Counted from the first letter of the stretch, positions 50,180-59,832 are shown. The stretch is 64,000 nucleotides of DNA from Pseudomonadota bacterium (GCA_040758375.1 JBFLWE010000020.1:1202-65201), one strand, 5' to 3'. Numbers and translations are program-made. The notes: generated from the sequence alone by a model not told the origin.

Positions 50180-50611
50180 TCAGTAACCGCCGCGGCCACC
50201 GCCGCCGCCATTGCGGCCGCCGCTGCCGTAGGGGCTGCGGCCGCCGCCGCCGCCGAAACCACCGCCGCCGCCGCCACCGCCACCGCCACGGCCGCCGTAG
50301 CCGCCGCCACCACCGCCGCCGTAGCTGCCGCGGAAGCCGCCGCCACCACCGCCCGGACGCTCTTCACGCGGACGCGCTTCGTTGACCACGATGCTGCGGC
50401 CTTCGAGGGCCTGGCCGTTCATGCCGTTGATCGCGGCTTGTGCCTCGGCGTCGGAGCCCATCTCGACGAAGCCGAAGCCCTTGGAGCGGCCGGTGTCGCG
50501 GTCCATCATGACCTTGGCGGAGGTCACGGAACCAAACTGCGAAAACGCCTGATGCAGAGAGTCGTCACGCACGCTGTAGGCAAGATTGCCGACGTATAGC
50601 TTGTTTCCCAT
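50180..50611 (-). CDS. RRM-type RNA-binding protein with glycine-rich tail
   Basis: 143 aa. RNP2 KLYVGNL, RNP1 KGFGFVEM, then about 60 residues that are mostly Gly with R/Y/S. Confidence 0.9.
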   Translation of the reverse strand: MGNKLYVGNLAYSVRDDSLHQAFSQFGSVTSAKVMMDRDTGRSKGFGFVEMGSDAEAQAAINGMNGQALEGRSIVVNEARPREERPGGGGGGFRGSYGGGGGGGYGGRGGGGGGGGGGFGGGGGRSPYGSGGRNGGGGGRGGY

Positions 50612-50711
50612 GGGGAAGCCCTTTCAATCACTCAAACTCAAAAAACCATGTGGAGCTTCAACCCAGCGTGAACCATTCAGCGAAGGCGCCGCTTCCAGAC
50701 ATAGGAAGGCG

Positions 50712-50741
50712 ATTATCTAGGCAATTTCCGGGGGGAAGTAA
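50712..50741 (-). promoter_or_regulatory. candidate promoter for the RRM gene, implying a roughly 90-nt leader
   Basis: On the minus strand: TTACTT (50741-50736), 18 nt spacer, GATAAT (50717-50712), within an unusually AT-rich spacer (50612-50765). Motif match only. Confidence 0.25.
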
Positions 50742-50765
50742 AGCTGTTTCGGCCAAAGTGTTGTT

Positions 50766-51764
50766 TTGGCAGACCTGGGACAAACCCTCGGGCTTCGTCC
50801 AGGGCGCTCCGTATCATCGCTGCCCGTGAACCCTCCGGCCGACGAACGTCCCCTGCACGCCCTGAATCGGGTGCTCGAAAGCCTGGAAGCGGTGCGCAAT
50901 GGGCGGGCCTTGTACGTGCTGCTCGCGAGTTTTGCGCTCGGCGGGTTGTTGCTCGCGATGGCGCGCGCGGCGCTGCTGCGTGGCGCGCCGGCCTGGGGCG
51001 TGCTCGACGCCGGGCTGGCGCTCACGGTCGCCTTCTACGGCGGCAACGCCGCCGGCCTGTTGCTGATGGACCAGGCGCGTGCGCAGCCCTCGCGCGGCGT
51101 GGGCCGTGCGGTGCGCGATGCGCTGGGCGGCGCCCACCGGCTGATCGTCGTGCTGTTGGCGGTGGGCCTGGCCGGGCTGGTGCTGGTCGCGGCACTGGCG
51201 GGCCTGTTGTGGATCTCGCGCGTACCGGTGCTCGGCACCTGGCTGTTCGGGTTGGTGGTGCCGCTGGGCGTGGTGCTGATCGGGGCGGCCGTGCTCACCA
51301 CCACCGCGGTGGTGGGCCCGCTGGCCGCGCCCGCCATCTGGAGCGGGCTGAGCGTGCGTGCGACGCTGGCGTTCCTGCAGCGGCAGGTGCGGCAGCGTCT
51401 GTTCTTCGCGGCGCTGCTCAACGCGGCGGTGGGCCTGCTGGCCGCGGCGGTGGCGGCGCTGGTGAGCTTTGCGGTGCTCAGTGGGGGCCGGGCGGTGGCG
51501 GGCCTGGCGGTGCTGGTCACTGGTGTGGAGCTGCCGCCGCAGCAACTGCTGGCCGGGCTGTTCGGCTTCGGCCTGCGCACGCTGGGGCCCTCGGGCGCGG
51601 CGGTGGCGCAGAACCCCTATGGCGCGGCCGCGCTGGTGGGCGGTGGGCTGGTGTTCGCATTGGTGCTGGTGCTGCCGGCAGTGGTGTATTTGCGCGGCAC
51701 CTGCTCGGTGTTCCTGGCGCTGCAAGAGGCCGACGCGCTGCGCGCCGCGGCGCGCGACGACTGA
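50766..51764 (+). CDS. hypothetical polytopic membrane protein
   Basis: 332-aa ORF with about 7 Ala/Leu/Val/Gly-rich hydrophobic segments. Start uncertain (TTG 50766 or GTG 50826). No recognisable family. Confidence 0.45.
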   Translation: MADLGQTLGLRPGRSVSSLPVNPPADERPLHALNRVLESLEAVRNGRALYVLLASFALGGLLLAMARAALLRGAPAWGVLDAGLALTVAFYGGNAAGLLLMDQARAQPSRGVGRAVRDALGGAHRLIVVLLAVGLAGLVLVAALAGLLWISRVPVLGTWLFGLVVPLGVVLIGAAVLTTTAVVGPLAAPAIWSGLSVRATLAFLQRQVRQRLFFAALLNAAVGLLAAAVAALVSFAVLSGGRAVAGLAVLVTGVELPPQQLLAGLFGFGLRTLGPSGAAVAQNPYGAAALVGGGLVFALVLVLPAVVYLRGTCSVFLALQEADALRAAARDD

Positions 51765-51777
51765 CGAAACGACACGA

Positions 51778-52416
51778 ATGGACCTGCTCAAGCCCCTGAT
51801 CGCGCTGCTGGCGATCGTCAACCCGATCGGCGTGGTGCCCTTCTTCCTGCACTTCACGCAGAACTTCACCCCCGAGCAGCGCAAGCGCACGGTGCGCGTG
51901 AGCGCCTTCGCCGCGTTCACCGTGATCGCGGTCAGCGCGCTCGCGGGCCTGAAGATCATCGAGTTCTTCGGCATCTCGATCGCCTCTTTCCAGGTGGGCG
52001 GCGGGACGCTGCTGCTGATGTCGTCGCTGCACATGCTCAACGCGCAGCAGGCCGAGTCGCGCGAGGACGACGTGCACGAGGGCCAGGCCAAGGCCGACGC
52101 CGGCGACAGCATCGCGGTGGTGCCGCTGACCATCCCGCTGCTCACCGGGCCCGCGACCATCTCCACGATGGTGATCTATGCCGAGAAGACGCGCAGCGTG
52201 TGGGAGCACGGCGTGCTGGTGGGCTATGGCGTGGTGATCGGGCTGGCGACGTTCCTCGCGTTCTCGGCGGCCACGCGCATTGCGCGCGTGCTGGGCAGCA
52301 CCGGCATCAACGTGATGACGCGGCTGATGGGCCTGATCCTGGCGGCGATGGCGGTCGAGCTGCTGGCCGATGGGTTGACCAAGCTGTTCCCGGTGCTGGC
52401 GCAGACCTTCCGCTAG
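51778..52416 (+). CDS. MarC family (UPF0056) integral membrane protein
   Basis: ATG at 51778 in ORF 51469..52416. Motifs ALLAIVNPIGVVPFF and AVVPLTIPLLTGPATIST. Confidence 0.8.
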   Translation: MDLLKPLIALLAIVNPIGVVPFFLHFTQNFTPEQRKRTVRVSAFAAFTVIAVSALAGLKIIEFFGISIASFQVGGGTLLLMSSLHMLNAQQAESREDDVHEGQAKADAGDSIAVVPLTIPLLTGPATISTMVIYAEKTRSVWEHGVLVGYGVVIGLATFLAFSAATRIARVLGSTGINVMTRLMGLILAAMAVELLADGLTKLFPVLAQTFR

Positions 52417-52443
52417 GGCGCGCCGCCCGCCGCGGGCGCCATG

Positions 52444-53124
52444 TCACCAGAACTGCCAGTTCCCCGTGCTGACCACCCATATGCCGAGCGAGCCGTTGGT
52501 CACGGCATGCGCGGCCACCGGCACCCACAGCTTGCCGGTGCGGATGTACAGCCACGCATAGGCCAGGCCGGCGATCACCGCGGCCAGCCACAGCGTGTGG
52601 GCCAGCATGAAGACGAAGGTCGACAGCACCACCGCCTTCAGCCCCACGCGGCGCGGCTCCACGCCTTCGAACTGCGGCCGCTCGATCCAGCGCATCAGGA
52701 AGGAGCGCCAGAACAGCTCTTCCATCACGGGCACGAGCAGTGCGGCACCGGCCCAGCGCAGCACCACCAGCGGCCAGTCGATGCGGCCTTGGGCATCGAG
52801 CGGCTGGAATGGCGCGGTCGGGCTGCCCAGCCGCAGCGCGGGCGCGTCGAGCGAGATCCACAGGCCGAACACCACCAGGCCAACGACGGCGGCCAACGCC
52901 AGTTCGCGCGCGTCAGGACGGTTCTGCGCTGCCAGCTCGCCGTATTCATGCCGCCACCACCACAGCAGCGCCCCCACCACCGCCACGCCCACGCCGTAGA
53001 GCCAGCGCGGATCGAAGCCCCAGGCGCCGTCGGCCGGGGCGGCGCCGCGCAGCGCGAGCAGCAGCATGAACACGGCAAACGGCGCAATGCGCACCAGCGC
53101 ACTGCGGCTCAGCGAAGGCAACAT
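52444..53124 (-). CDS. CPBP family intramembrane glutamic endopeptidase (CAAX-protease-related)
   Basis: 226 aa. Motif 1 PVMEELFWRSFL, motif 2 FVFMLAH, motif 3 AAHAVTN. Multiple TM helices. Confidence 0.8.
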   Translation of the reverse strand: MLPSLSRSALVRIAPFAVFMLLLALRGAAPADGAWGFDPRWLYGVGVAVVGALLWWWRHEYGELAAQNRPDARELALAAVVGLVVFGLWISLDAPALRLGSPTAPFQPLDAQGRIDWPLVVLRWAGAALLVPVMEELFWRSFLMRWIERPQFEGVEPRRVGLKAVVLSTFVFMLAHTLWLAAVIAGLAYAWLYIRTGKLWVPVAAHAVTNGSLGIWVVSTGNWQFW

Positions 53125-53193
53125 CGGGAACGGCGGTGTTGTTGTTCGAGGCGGCGGGCAGTATCGCCGCCGCCTCGTGGGCTGCCGCCCCCC

Positions 53194-55137
53194 TCAAGCA
53201 GAGGGGGTGGCCAGCAGCCGCTGCACGCGCTCGCGCAGGCCCTCGGGCGTGACTTCGGGCGCCGGCACGGCGGGCCCCGCCACCAGCCCCACGCGGCTGA
53301 AAAGGCCGCGGCGGAACGGGCGCACCATCGCCCGGCCCTGCTCCACGCGCGAGAAGAACGAGCCCCACAGGTTCTGCAGCGCCAGCGGCACCACCGGCAC
53401 CGGGCGGCGTTCGAGGATCTTCATCACGCCGCCCTTGAACTGCGCCACCTGCCCGTCGCGCGTGATCGCGCCTTCGGGAAAGATGCCCAGCAGCTCGCCT
53501 TCGGCCAGCACGCGGTCCGCGGCTTCGAAAGCGGCGGCATAGGCGGCCGGGTCTTCCTTTTGCGGCGCGATCGGGATGCACTTGGCCAGGCGGAACAGCC
53601 AGCCCAGCAGCGGGATGCGGAAGATGCGGTGGTCCATCACGAAGCGGATCGGCCGCGGGCTGGCCGCCATCAGCAGCACCGCATCGACGAAGCTGACGTG
53701 GTTGCACACCAGCAGCGCCGCGCCTTCGGTGGGAATGTGCTCTTCGCCGCGCAGGCGGAAGCGGTACACCGTGCGCGTGGCCACGAAGGCGACGAAGCGC
53801 AGCAGGTACTCGGGCACCAGCAGGAAGATGTAGCCGGCCACCACGGCGTTGGCCAGCCCGGTGAACAGGAACACCTGCGGCACCGTGAAGCCGCTTTTCA
53901 GCAGCACGCCGACGATCAGCGCGCTGGCGATCATGAACAGCGCATTGAGGATGTTGTTGGCCGCGATGATGCGCGCCCGGTGGCTGGCCTGGGCGCGCAG
54001 CTGGATCAGCGCATACATCGGCACGCTGTAGATGCCGGCCGACAGCGACAGCAGGAACAGGTCGGCCATCACATGCCAGTGCGCCGGCTGCGCGACGAAG
54101 GCGGCCACGCCCTGCACACCCGAGGGCGGCAGCGCGCGCGACGCAAAGTACAGGTCCACCGCGAACACGCTCATGCCGATGGCGCCCAGCGGCACCAGGC
54201 CGATCTCGACATGGCGCTTGGACAGCACCTCGCACAGCAGCGAGCCCACGCCGATGCCGACGGAGAACACCACCAGCAGCAGCGAGGCCACCTGCTCGTC
54301 GCCGTGCAGCACCTCCTTGGCGAAGGAGGGAAACTGCGACAGGAACACCGCGCCGAAGAACCACATCCACGAGATGCCCAGCAGCGAGCGGAACACCACC
54401 ACGTTGCCGTGCGCGAGCTTCAGGTTGCGCCAGGTTTCGCTGACCGGGTTCCAGTTGATCGCGAGCTGCGGGTCGGTGGAGGGCGAGCGCGGCACCCATT
54501 GCGCCGTGAGGCGGCCGAGCAGGGCCACGGCCAGGCAGCTCACGCCCACGACCTTGGCGCCCAGGCCGGGAATCGCGATCAGCAGCCCGCCCACCACGTT
54601 GCCCAGCAGGATGGCCACGAAGGTGCCCATCTCGATCATGCCGTTGCCGCCGGTGAGCTCGCGCTCGTTCAGGTGCTGCGGCAGGTAGGCGTATTTCACC
54701 GGGCCGAACAGCGTGGAGTGCAGGCCGAGCAGGAAGATGCACGCCAGCATCGCGGGCACGTGGGTGGTGAACAGGCCAAAGGCCGCCACCGCCATGATGC
54801 CCACCTCCAGCCACTTGACCAGCCGCGTCAGCAGTGCCTTGTCGTACTTGTCGGCCAGCTGCCCGCTGGTGGCCGAAAACAGCAGGAAGGGCGCGATGAA
54901 CACCGCGCCGATCACCAGCCCGGCCAGCGTGGGCGGCATCCAACCCACCTGCAGCTGGTAGGTCACCAGCACCGTGAACGCGAACTTGAACAGGTTGTCG
55001 TTGGCCGCGCCGAGGAACTGCGTCCAGAAAAACGGCGCGAAGCGGCGCTGGCCCAGCAGCGCGAACTGGTTGGGGTGGGTCCCGTGCGGCGGCGCACTTT
55101 CGTGCGCGGGCGCGGCGGCCGGCAGCGTGGACGACAT
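53194..55137 (-). CDS. MFS lysophospholipid transporter (LplT-like) fused to a PlsC-type acyltransferase domain
   Basis: 647 aa. About 12 TM helices in the N-terminal part. C-terminal acyltransferase motifs NHVSFVDAVL (HX4D), FPEGAITRDG, VPVVPLAL. Confidence 0.8.
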   Translation of the reverse strand: MSSTLPAAAPAHESAPPHGTHPNQFALLGQRRFAPFFWTQFLGAANDNLFKFAFTVLVTYQLQVGWMPPTLAGLVIGAVFIAPFLLFSATSGQLADKYDKALLTRLVKWLEVGIMAVAAFGLFTTHVPAMLACIFLLGLHSTLFGPVKYAYLPQHLNERELTGGNGMIEMGTFVAILLGNVVGGLLIAIPGLGAKVVGVSCLAVALLGRLTAQWVPRSPSTDPQLAINWNPVSETWRNLKLAHGNVVVFRSLLGISWMWFFGAVFLSQFPSFAKEVLHGDEQVASLLLVVFSVGIGVGSLLCEVLSKRHVEIGLVPLGAIGMSVFAVDLYFASRALPPSGVQGVAAFVAQPAHWHVMADLFLLSLSAGIYSVPMYALIQLRAQASHRARIIAANNILNALFMIASALIVGVLLKSGFTVPQVFLFTGLANAVVAGYIFLLVPEYLLRFVAFVATRTVYRFRLRGEEHIPTEGAALLVCNHVSFVDAVLLMAASPRPIRFVMDHRIFRIPLLGWLFRLAKCIPIAPQKEDPAAYAAAFEAADRVLAEGELLGIFPEGAITRDGQVAQFKGGVMKILERRPVPVVPLALQNLWGSFFSRVEQGRAMVRPFRRGLFSRVGLVAGPAVPAPEVTPEGLRERVQRLLATPSA

Positions 55138-55170
55138 GCTCTTCTCCTCCGGTCTTGTCGCGGTGGCGCT

Positions 55171-55947
55171 TTATCGCACGACCTGCGGCTCGCCCGCGAG
55201 CCCGGCGCTGCGCACAAACGCGAACACCGAGTCGACCGTCACGGTGTCGATGCGCCCGGCGAAGCGGCGCTCGTTCGGATGGTCGTCGAAGGCCACGTTG
55301 GCGGCCGTGAGCCGGGCGCCCAGGCGCTTGAACGTGGGCAGGCGCAAGGTCGTGGGCTGGTAGCCCTTGAAGCGCAGCCAGGCCTGGGCCTGTGCGCGCG
55401 AGCGGGCCGCGTCCTCCAGCGCGAAGGCCAGTGTCTCCAGCGCCCACTGGTTGCTCTGCTGGTAGCGCTGGGCCCAGGGGTAGGCCACCATGCTGTAGGC
55501 CGGCGTGTGCAGCGTGGCCGCGCGCAGGTTGTCGCGCAGCAGCGGCAGCAGCGCCTGCTGCACCGCCGGCTCGGGCACCACGAGGGCCGCCTCGTAGCGC
55601 CAGGGCTTATCCATGAAGAAGTCGGCCAGGCCCTGCCGGTACAGCGCGGCGTGGTCGGTGCCACAGTGGTTGAGCTTGTGCACGATGCGCCAGGCGCCGG
55701 CCGGCCGCTCGCGGTAGGCATAGCCCAGGTGGGAGTAGCGCAGTCCGTAGGCGCTCAGGTCCTGCCCCGCGCGCGCGATCAGCACCACCTCGGCGCCGCT
55801 GGTGTCCAGCGCCTGGGCGGTGCGGTGCGCGAGGTTCAGCGCCTGCGTGATGTCGGCGGCGCCGGGCTTGTGCGGCTCGCAGGCCTGGCCGGCGTGCGCC
55901 GCCGCGGCCGACAGCAACACGGCGATGGCGAAGACCGGGCGCTTCAT
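55171..55947 (-). CDS. DUF2145-like secreted protein
   Basis: ATG at 55945-55947, an ATGA overlap with the upstream gene. Signal peptide MKRPVFAIAVLLSAAAAHA. The family assignment is from memory (LRYSHLGYAYRE..WRIVHKLNHCG). Confidence 0.55.
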   Translation of the reverse strand: MKRPVFAIAVLLSAAAAHAGQACEPHKPGAADITQALNLAHRTAQALDTSGAEVVLIARAGQDLSAYGLRYSHLGYAYRERPAGAWRIVHKLNHCGTDHAALYRQGLADFFMDKPWRYEAALVVPEPAVQQALLPLLRDNLRAATLHTPAYSMVAYPWAQRYQQSNQWALETLAFALEDAARSRAQAQAWLRFKGYQPTTLRLPTFKRLGARLTAANVAFDDHPNERRFAGRIDTVTVDSVFAFVRSAGLAGEPQVVR

Positions 55948-56372
55948 CGCGTGATCCGTTCGTTGTAGACCAGCGAGGCGCCGATCTCGTTGGGCACGAA
56001 GGCGATCACTTCGCCGGCGGCCGACAGCAGCCAGCCGGTGGACAGCACCGTGCAGGTGACCAGCGCACCGGCGGCGACCGACGCCCCGGCCGCGGCGTGC
56101 CCGGCAAACTGCAGTACGAAACGCGCACCGTCCGAAGCGCGCTCCAGCACCCACGCCGTGCCTTCCGCGCTGGCCTGCACCGTCACCACCGTGAGCGCGA
56201 CGGTACCCGACAACAGCATCACCGGGCCCGCTACCGACACCGCGACCGGCACGGCCACCGACAGGGCCGAGGCGGCACTGGCATCCGAAGGCCCGTGGGC
56301 CCGTGCCGCCGGCGCGGCCAGCAAGGCGGCGGCCAGCGCGGCGCCGCAGAGTCTCATCGACAGCTTTTTCAT
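55944..56372 (-). CDS. secreted Ala/Val-rich hypothetical protein
   Basis: AAGGAG lies 6 nt before the ATG at 56370-56372 (Met6 of ORF 55944..56387). Signal peptide MKKLSMRLCGAALAAALLAAPAARA. Confidence 0.5.
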   Translation of the reverse strand: MKKLSMRLCGAALAAALLAAPAARAHGPSDASAASALSVAVPVAVSVAGPVMLLSGTVALTVVTVQASAEGTAWVLERASDGARFVLQFAGHAAAGASVAAGALVTCTVLSTGWLLSAAGEVIAFVPNEIGASLVYNERITR

Positions 56373-56383
56373 CATGTGCTCCT

Positions 56384-56839
56384 TCATTGGGTGGCTTCGA
56401 CGGCGTCACGGCGACCGGCCAGGCGGGCTTCGAGCAGGTCGGCGTCGTGCGCGTCGCGCAGCGTCTTGGCCAGGGTGAACACGGTGGAGATCAGGAACAG
56501 CCACGACACCAGCAGATAGGCCTTCCACACCGGCTGGATGCCCATGCGCCACAGGCCCCAGCCCGTCAGGCCCATCGCGAAGGCGAAGCCGCACCACACC
56601 ACCAGGCCCCACATCGGCGTGTCCACGCGGCCGCGCTCGTTGTCGCGCACGTATTTCGACAGCGCGAAGGCGGTGGACAGGCAGAACACATAGCCCATCA
56701 CCATGAAGGCGCGGTCGAGGTCGTCGCCCGGCAGCCAGGCCAGCCCGATCGCGCACAGGCTGGCGGCCAGCCCGAAGGAGATCCACACCTGGAGCCGCCA
56801 GGCCCTGGTGTCGCGCCGAACCGCCGTTGTCGTCTGCAT
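56384..56839 (-). CDS. YiaA/YiaB-type inner membrane protein
   Basis: Four TM helices in two YiaAB-like repeats (WISFGLAASLCAIGLAWLP..FMVMGYVFCLSTAFALSKYVRD ; GLVVWCGFAFAMGLTGWGLW..YLLVSWLFLISTVFTLAKTLRD). The start is taken at Met21 (GAGGG 5 nt upstream). Other in-frame ATGs lie at 56899, 56875 and 56866. Confidence 0.6.
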   Translation of the reverse strand: MQTTTAVRRDTRAWRLQVWISFGLAASLCAIGLAWLPGDDLDRAFMVMGYVFCLSTAFALSKYVRDNERGRVDTPMWGLVVWCGFAFAMGLTGWGLWRMGIQPVWKAYLLVSWLFLISTVFTLAKTLRDAHDADLLEARLAGRRDAVEATQ

Positions 56840-56967
56840 CGAAACCCTCGTCGGGCTGTTGAACATGGCGCGCATGCTGCGCGCCTGGCAGCGCTCCACG
56901 GGCCGCGCGATGCAAGGGCTTCAACCGCTGGCGCGATCGGTATCGTGCGGCGATACTCGCCCGCGCC

Positions 56968-57732
56968 ATGAGCACCACCGCAGACCTCATCACCGCCCTC
57001 AAGGCCGAGCTCAAGCGCGCCGGCCTCACCTATGCCGACCTCGCGCGCGAGCTGGGCATGGCCGAATCCAGCATCAAGCGCGTGTTCGCCAAGGGCGACA
57101 TGCCGCTGTCGCGCATCGACGAGGTGCTGCGCGTGCTGAAGATGGACTTCGCCGAGCTGGCGCGCAAGGTGGCCGACGCCCAGCCGCTGAAACTGCGGCG
57201 CGAGCTCACGCTGGAGCAGGAGAAGGCGGTGATCGCCGACCGCAAGCTGCTGCTGATGGCGATCTGCTGCCTGAGCCAGTGGACGCTGGAGCAGGTGGTG
57301 GACACCTACCGCCTGAGCGAGCCGGAGGCGATCAAGTACCTGGCCCAGCTCGACCGGCTGGGCATCATCGAACTCAAGCCGCTGAACCGCTACAGCCTCA
57401 AGGTGGCCAAGACCTTCCGCTGGCGTCCGCATGGCCCGGTGATGCAGTACTTCCGCGAGCACGTGGTGCAGGACTATTTTTCCGGCGGCTTCGACGGCGA
57501 GGGCGAGATGCTGATGCTGGTGCACGGCCAGATCGGCCGCAGCCTGGCGATGCAGTTCAACGAGCGCCTGGCGCGCGTGGCGCAGGACTTCGCGCAACAG
57601 CACCTGGCGGACCAGAAGCTGCCGGCCGACCAGAAGCGCCCGTTCACGCTGCTGCTGGGCATGCGCTCGTGGCTGTTCGCGGCCTTCCGCGACTTGAAGC
57701 GCGATGCGCTGAGCCCGTTGCCGGCGCGCTAG
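56968..57732 (+). CDS. XRE-family HTH transcriptional regulator with uncharacterised C-terminal domain
   Basis: 254 aa. N-terminal HTH LTYADLARELGMAESSIKRVFAKGDMPLSRIDEVLRVL. Confidence 0.7.
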   Translation: MSTTADLITALKAELKRAGLTYADLARELGMAESSIKRVFAKGDMPLSRIDEVLRVLKMDFAELARKVADAQPLKLRRELTLEQEKAVIADRKLLLMAICCLSQWTLEQVVDTYRLSEPEAIKYLAQLDRLGIIELKPLNRYSLKVAKTFRWRPHGPVMQYFREHVVQDYFSGGFDGEGEMLMLVHGQIGRSLAMQFNERLARVAQDFAQQHLADQKLPADQKRPFTLLLGMRSWLFAAFRDLKRDALSPLPAR

Positions 57733-58880
57733 ACCTCGCCTTGGTGCTCGCCGAGTGTCGGGGCGCGATGCCGTATGGCACCCGGCGTCGCGCTCAGCTT
57801 CGGCACGATGCCCGGCACCTGCACCGTGAGCCCGTCGGCGCTGGTCACCTGCTCGATCATCTGGCGCGCGCGGTAGTGCGGATCTTCAGCGATGTCCTTC
57901 ACCGTGTAGATGCGTCCCACCGGCACGCTGGCCGCCTGCAGCGCGCGCACCACCTCGGCCACCGGCCGCTGCACCGTCCAGGCGGTGATCGCGGCGTCGA
58001 TCTCGTCCACCCGCGGCACGCGCTGGGCGTTGCTGGCCAGGCCGGGGTCGCCGGCCAGGTCCTCGCGGCCGATGGCCTGCATCAGGCGCTTGAAGATCGA
58101 GTCGCCGTTGCCGCCGATGACCACCTGGCCGTCGGCGCAGCGGTAGGCGTTCGACGGCGCGATGCCGGGCAGCGCCGAACCGGCCGGCTCGCGCACCACG
58201 CCGAAGGCGCTGTACTCGGGCAGCAGGCTTTCCATGCAGTTGAACACCGCTTCGTACAGCGCCACGTCCACCACCTGGCCGCGGCCCTTGGGCGCATCGG
58301 CGCTGATGCTCTTGGTGCGCGCCTGCAAGGCCATCAGCACCCCGACCACGCCGTGCAGCGCCGCCAGCGTGTCGCCGATGCTCACGCCGCAGCGCACCGG
58401 CACGCGGCCCGGCTCGCCGGTCAGGTGGCGCAGGCCGCCCATGGCCTCGGCCACGACCGCGAAACCCGGCAGGTCCTTGTAGGGCCCGGTCTGTCCGTAG
58501 CCGCTGATGCGCAGCATGATGAGCCCGGGGTTGTCGGCGCTCAGGCGCTCGTAGCCCAGGCCCCACTTCTCCATCGTGCCGGGCTTGAAGTTCTCGATCA
58601 GCACGTCGGCCTCGGCGGCCAGCGCGCGCACCGCCGCGCGGCCTTCGTCGGTGCGCAGGTCGAGCACCACGCTCTTCTTGTTGCGGCTTTGCACCTGCCA
58701 CCACACGCTGGTGCCGTTGTGCAGCAGGCGCCACTGGCGCAGCGGGTCGCCGTCGGGCGGTTCGACCTTGATCACCTCGGCGCCGAAGTCGCCCAGCGTC
58801 TTGCCGGCGAAGGGGCCGGCGATCAGCTGCCCCAGCTCCAGCACCTTCAGGCCGGCCAGCGGCCCGGGGTTCTCGCTCAT
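57729..58880 (-). CDS. family III CoA-transferase (CaiB/BaiF)
   Basis: 383 aa. Motifs GLKVLELGQLIAGPFAGKTLGDFGAEVIKVEPP and the catalytic-Asp region GVSIGDTLA. Confidence 0.85.
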   Translation of the reverse strand: MSENPGPLAGLKVLELGQLIAGPFAGKTLGDFGAEVIKVEPPDGDPLRQWRLLHNGTSVWWQVQSRNKKSVVLDLRTDEGRAAVRALAAEADVLIENFKPGTMEKWGLGYERLSADNPGLIMLRISGYGQTGPYKDLPGFAVVAEAMGGLRHLTGEPGRVPVRCGVSIGDTLAALHGVVGVLMALQARTKSISADAPKGRGQVVDVALYEAVFNCMESLLPEYSAFGVVREPAGSALPGIAPSNAYRCADGQVVIGGNGDSIFKRLMQAIGREDLAGDPGLASNAQRVPRVDEIDAAITAWTVQRPVAEVVRALQAASVPVGRIYTVKDIAEDPHYRARQMIEQVTSADGLTVQVPGIVPKLSATPGAIRHRAPTLGEHQGEV

Positions 58881-58980
58881 TGAGCCCCCTTGGCGCTACG
58901 CGCCGTCCCCCGCGGGCCACGAAGGGGCCCGCTTCGCGGTCCCTTGGGGAGCGAGCGCCTTCGGAGCGGCCGTGCGGCGC

Positions 58981-59832
58981 TCATCGCGCCCGATGCTCCA
59001 GCACGAAGTTGGCCCCGTCGTGCTGGCCCAGCACGTCGGTCAGCCAGGGCAGCGTGTCCTTCAGCTGCCCGTGCAGCCGATGAGGCGGGTTGATGACGAA
59101 CATGCTGCTGCCCACCAGCCCGAAGCCGCGCTCGTCGGCCTGGGCCACCGAGAGCCGCGCATGCAGCCAGCCCTTGGGCGCGGCCTCGGCCGCGGTCTGC
59201 AGCCGGTGCGGCAGCTGCGCCGCCTCCACCAGCTGCACCTGCGGCACCCACACCAGCACCAGCCCTTCGGCGAAGCGCTGCTGCGCCTCGCGCACCGCGG
59301 CCAGCACCTTGGCGTAGTCGGTCTTCAGCTCGTACGAGGGGTCGATCAGCACCACGCCGCGGCGCGAGGGCGGCGGCAGCTCGGCCTTCAGCGCCGCGAA
59401 GCCATCGCTCATGCTCACCTGCGTGTGCGGCCGCTTGCCGAGGAACGACTCGAGGATGCGGTAGTCGGTGGGGTGCAGCTCGTACAGGCGCAGGCGGTCG
59501 GCCGGGCGCAACAGCATCTGCGCCAGCGCCGGCGAACCGGGGTATTGCTCCAGCGCGCCGCCGCCGTTGAACTCGCGCACCCGCTGCACGTAGTCGGCCA
59601 CCGGGCCGGGCAGGTCGTCGCGTCCCCACAGGCGGCCGATGCCGTCCTCGTACTCGTGTTTCTTGTTCGCGTAGCGGCCCTGCAGCGAGTAGCCGCCGGC
59701 GCCCGCATGGGTGTCGATCAGCGTGTACGGCTTGTCTTTCTCGCCCATGTGGCGCAGCACCTGCGTCAGCACCAGGTGCTTGAGCACGTCGGCGTGGTTG
59801 CCGGCATGGAAGGCGTGTCGGTAGGCGAGCAT
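58981..59832 (-). CDS. rlmJ: 23S rRNA (adenine2030-N6)-methyltransferase
   Basis: ATG at 59830-59832 gives 283 aa. Starts MLAYRHAFHAGNHADVLKH, with YPGSPALA and LIDPSYE motifs. Confidence 0.88.
   Translation of the reverse strand: MLAYRHAFHAGNHADVLKHLVLTQVLRHMGEKDKPYTLIDTHAGAGGYSLQGRYANKKHEYEDGIGRLWGRDDLPGPVADYVQRVREFNGGGALEQYPGSPALAQMLLRPADRLRLYELHPTDYRILESFLGKRPHTQVSMSDGFAALKAELPPPSRRGVVLIDPSYELKTDYAKVLAAVREAQQRFAEGLVLVWVPQVQLVEAAQLPHRLQTAAEAAPKGWLHARLSVAQADERGFGLVGSSMFVINPPHRLHGQLKDTLPWLTDVLGQHDGANFVLEHRAR

Noticed and set aside
50123-50599. A 158-aa poly-Ala/Thr ORF on the plus strand, and GCC/GCG-rich periodic DNA at 50180-50360 considered as a possible repeat array.
   Set aside because: It is the antisense shadow of the glycine-rich tail of the RRM protein. 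The periodicity is codon-level (GGC/GGT repeats), not a CRISPR or satellite array.
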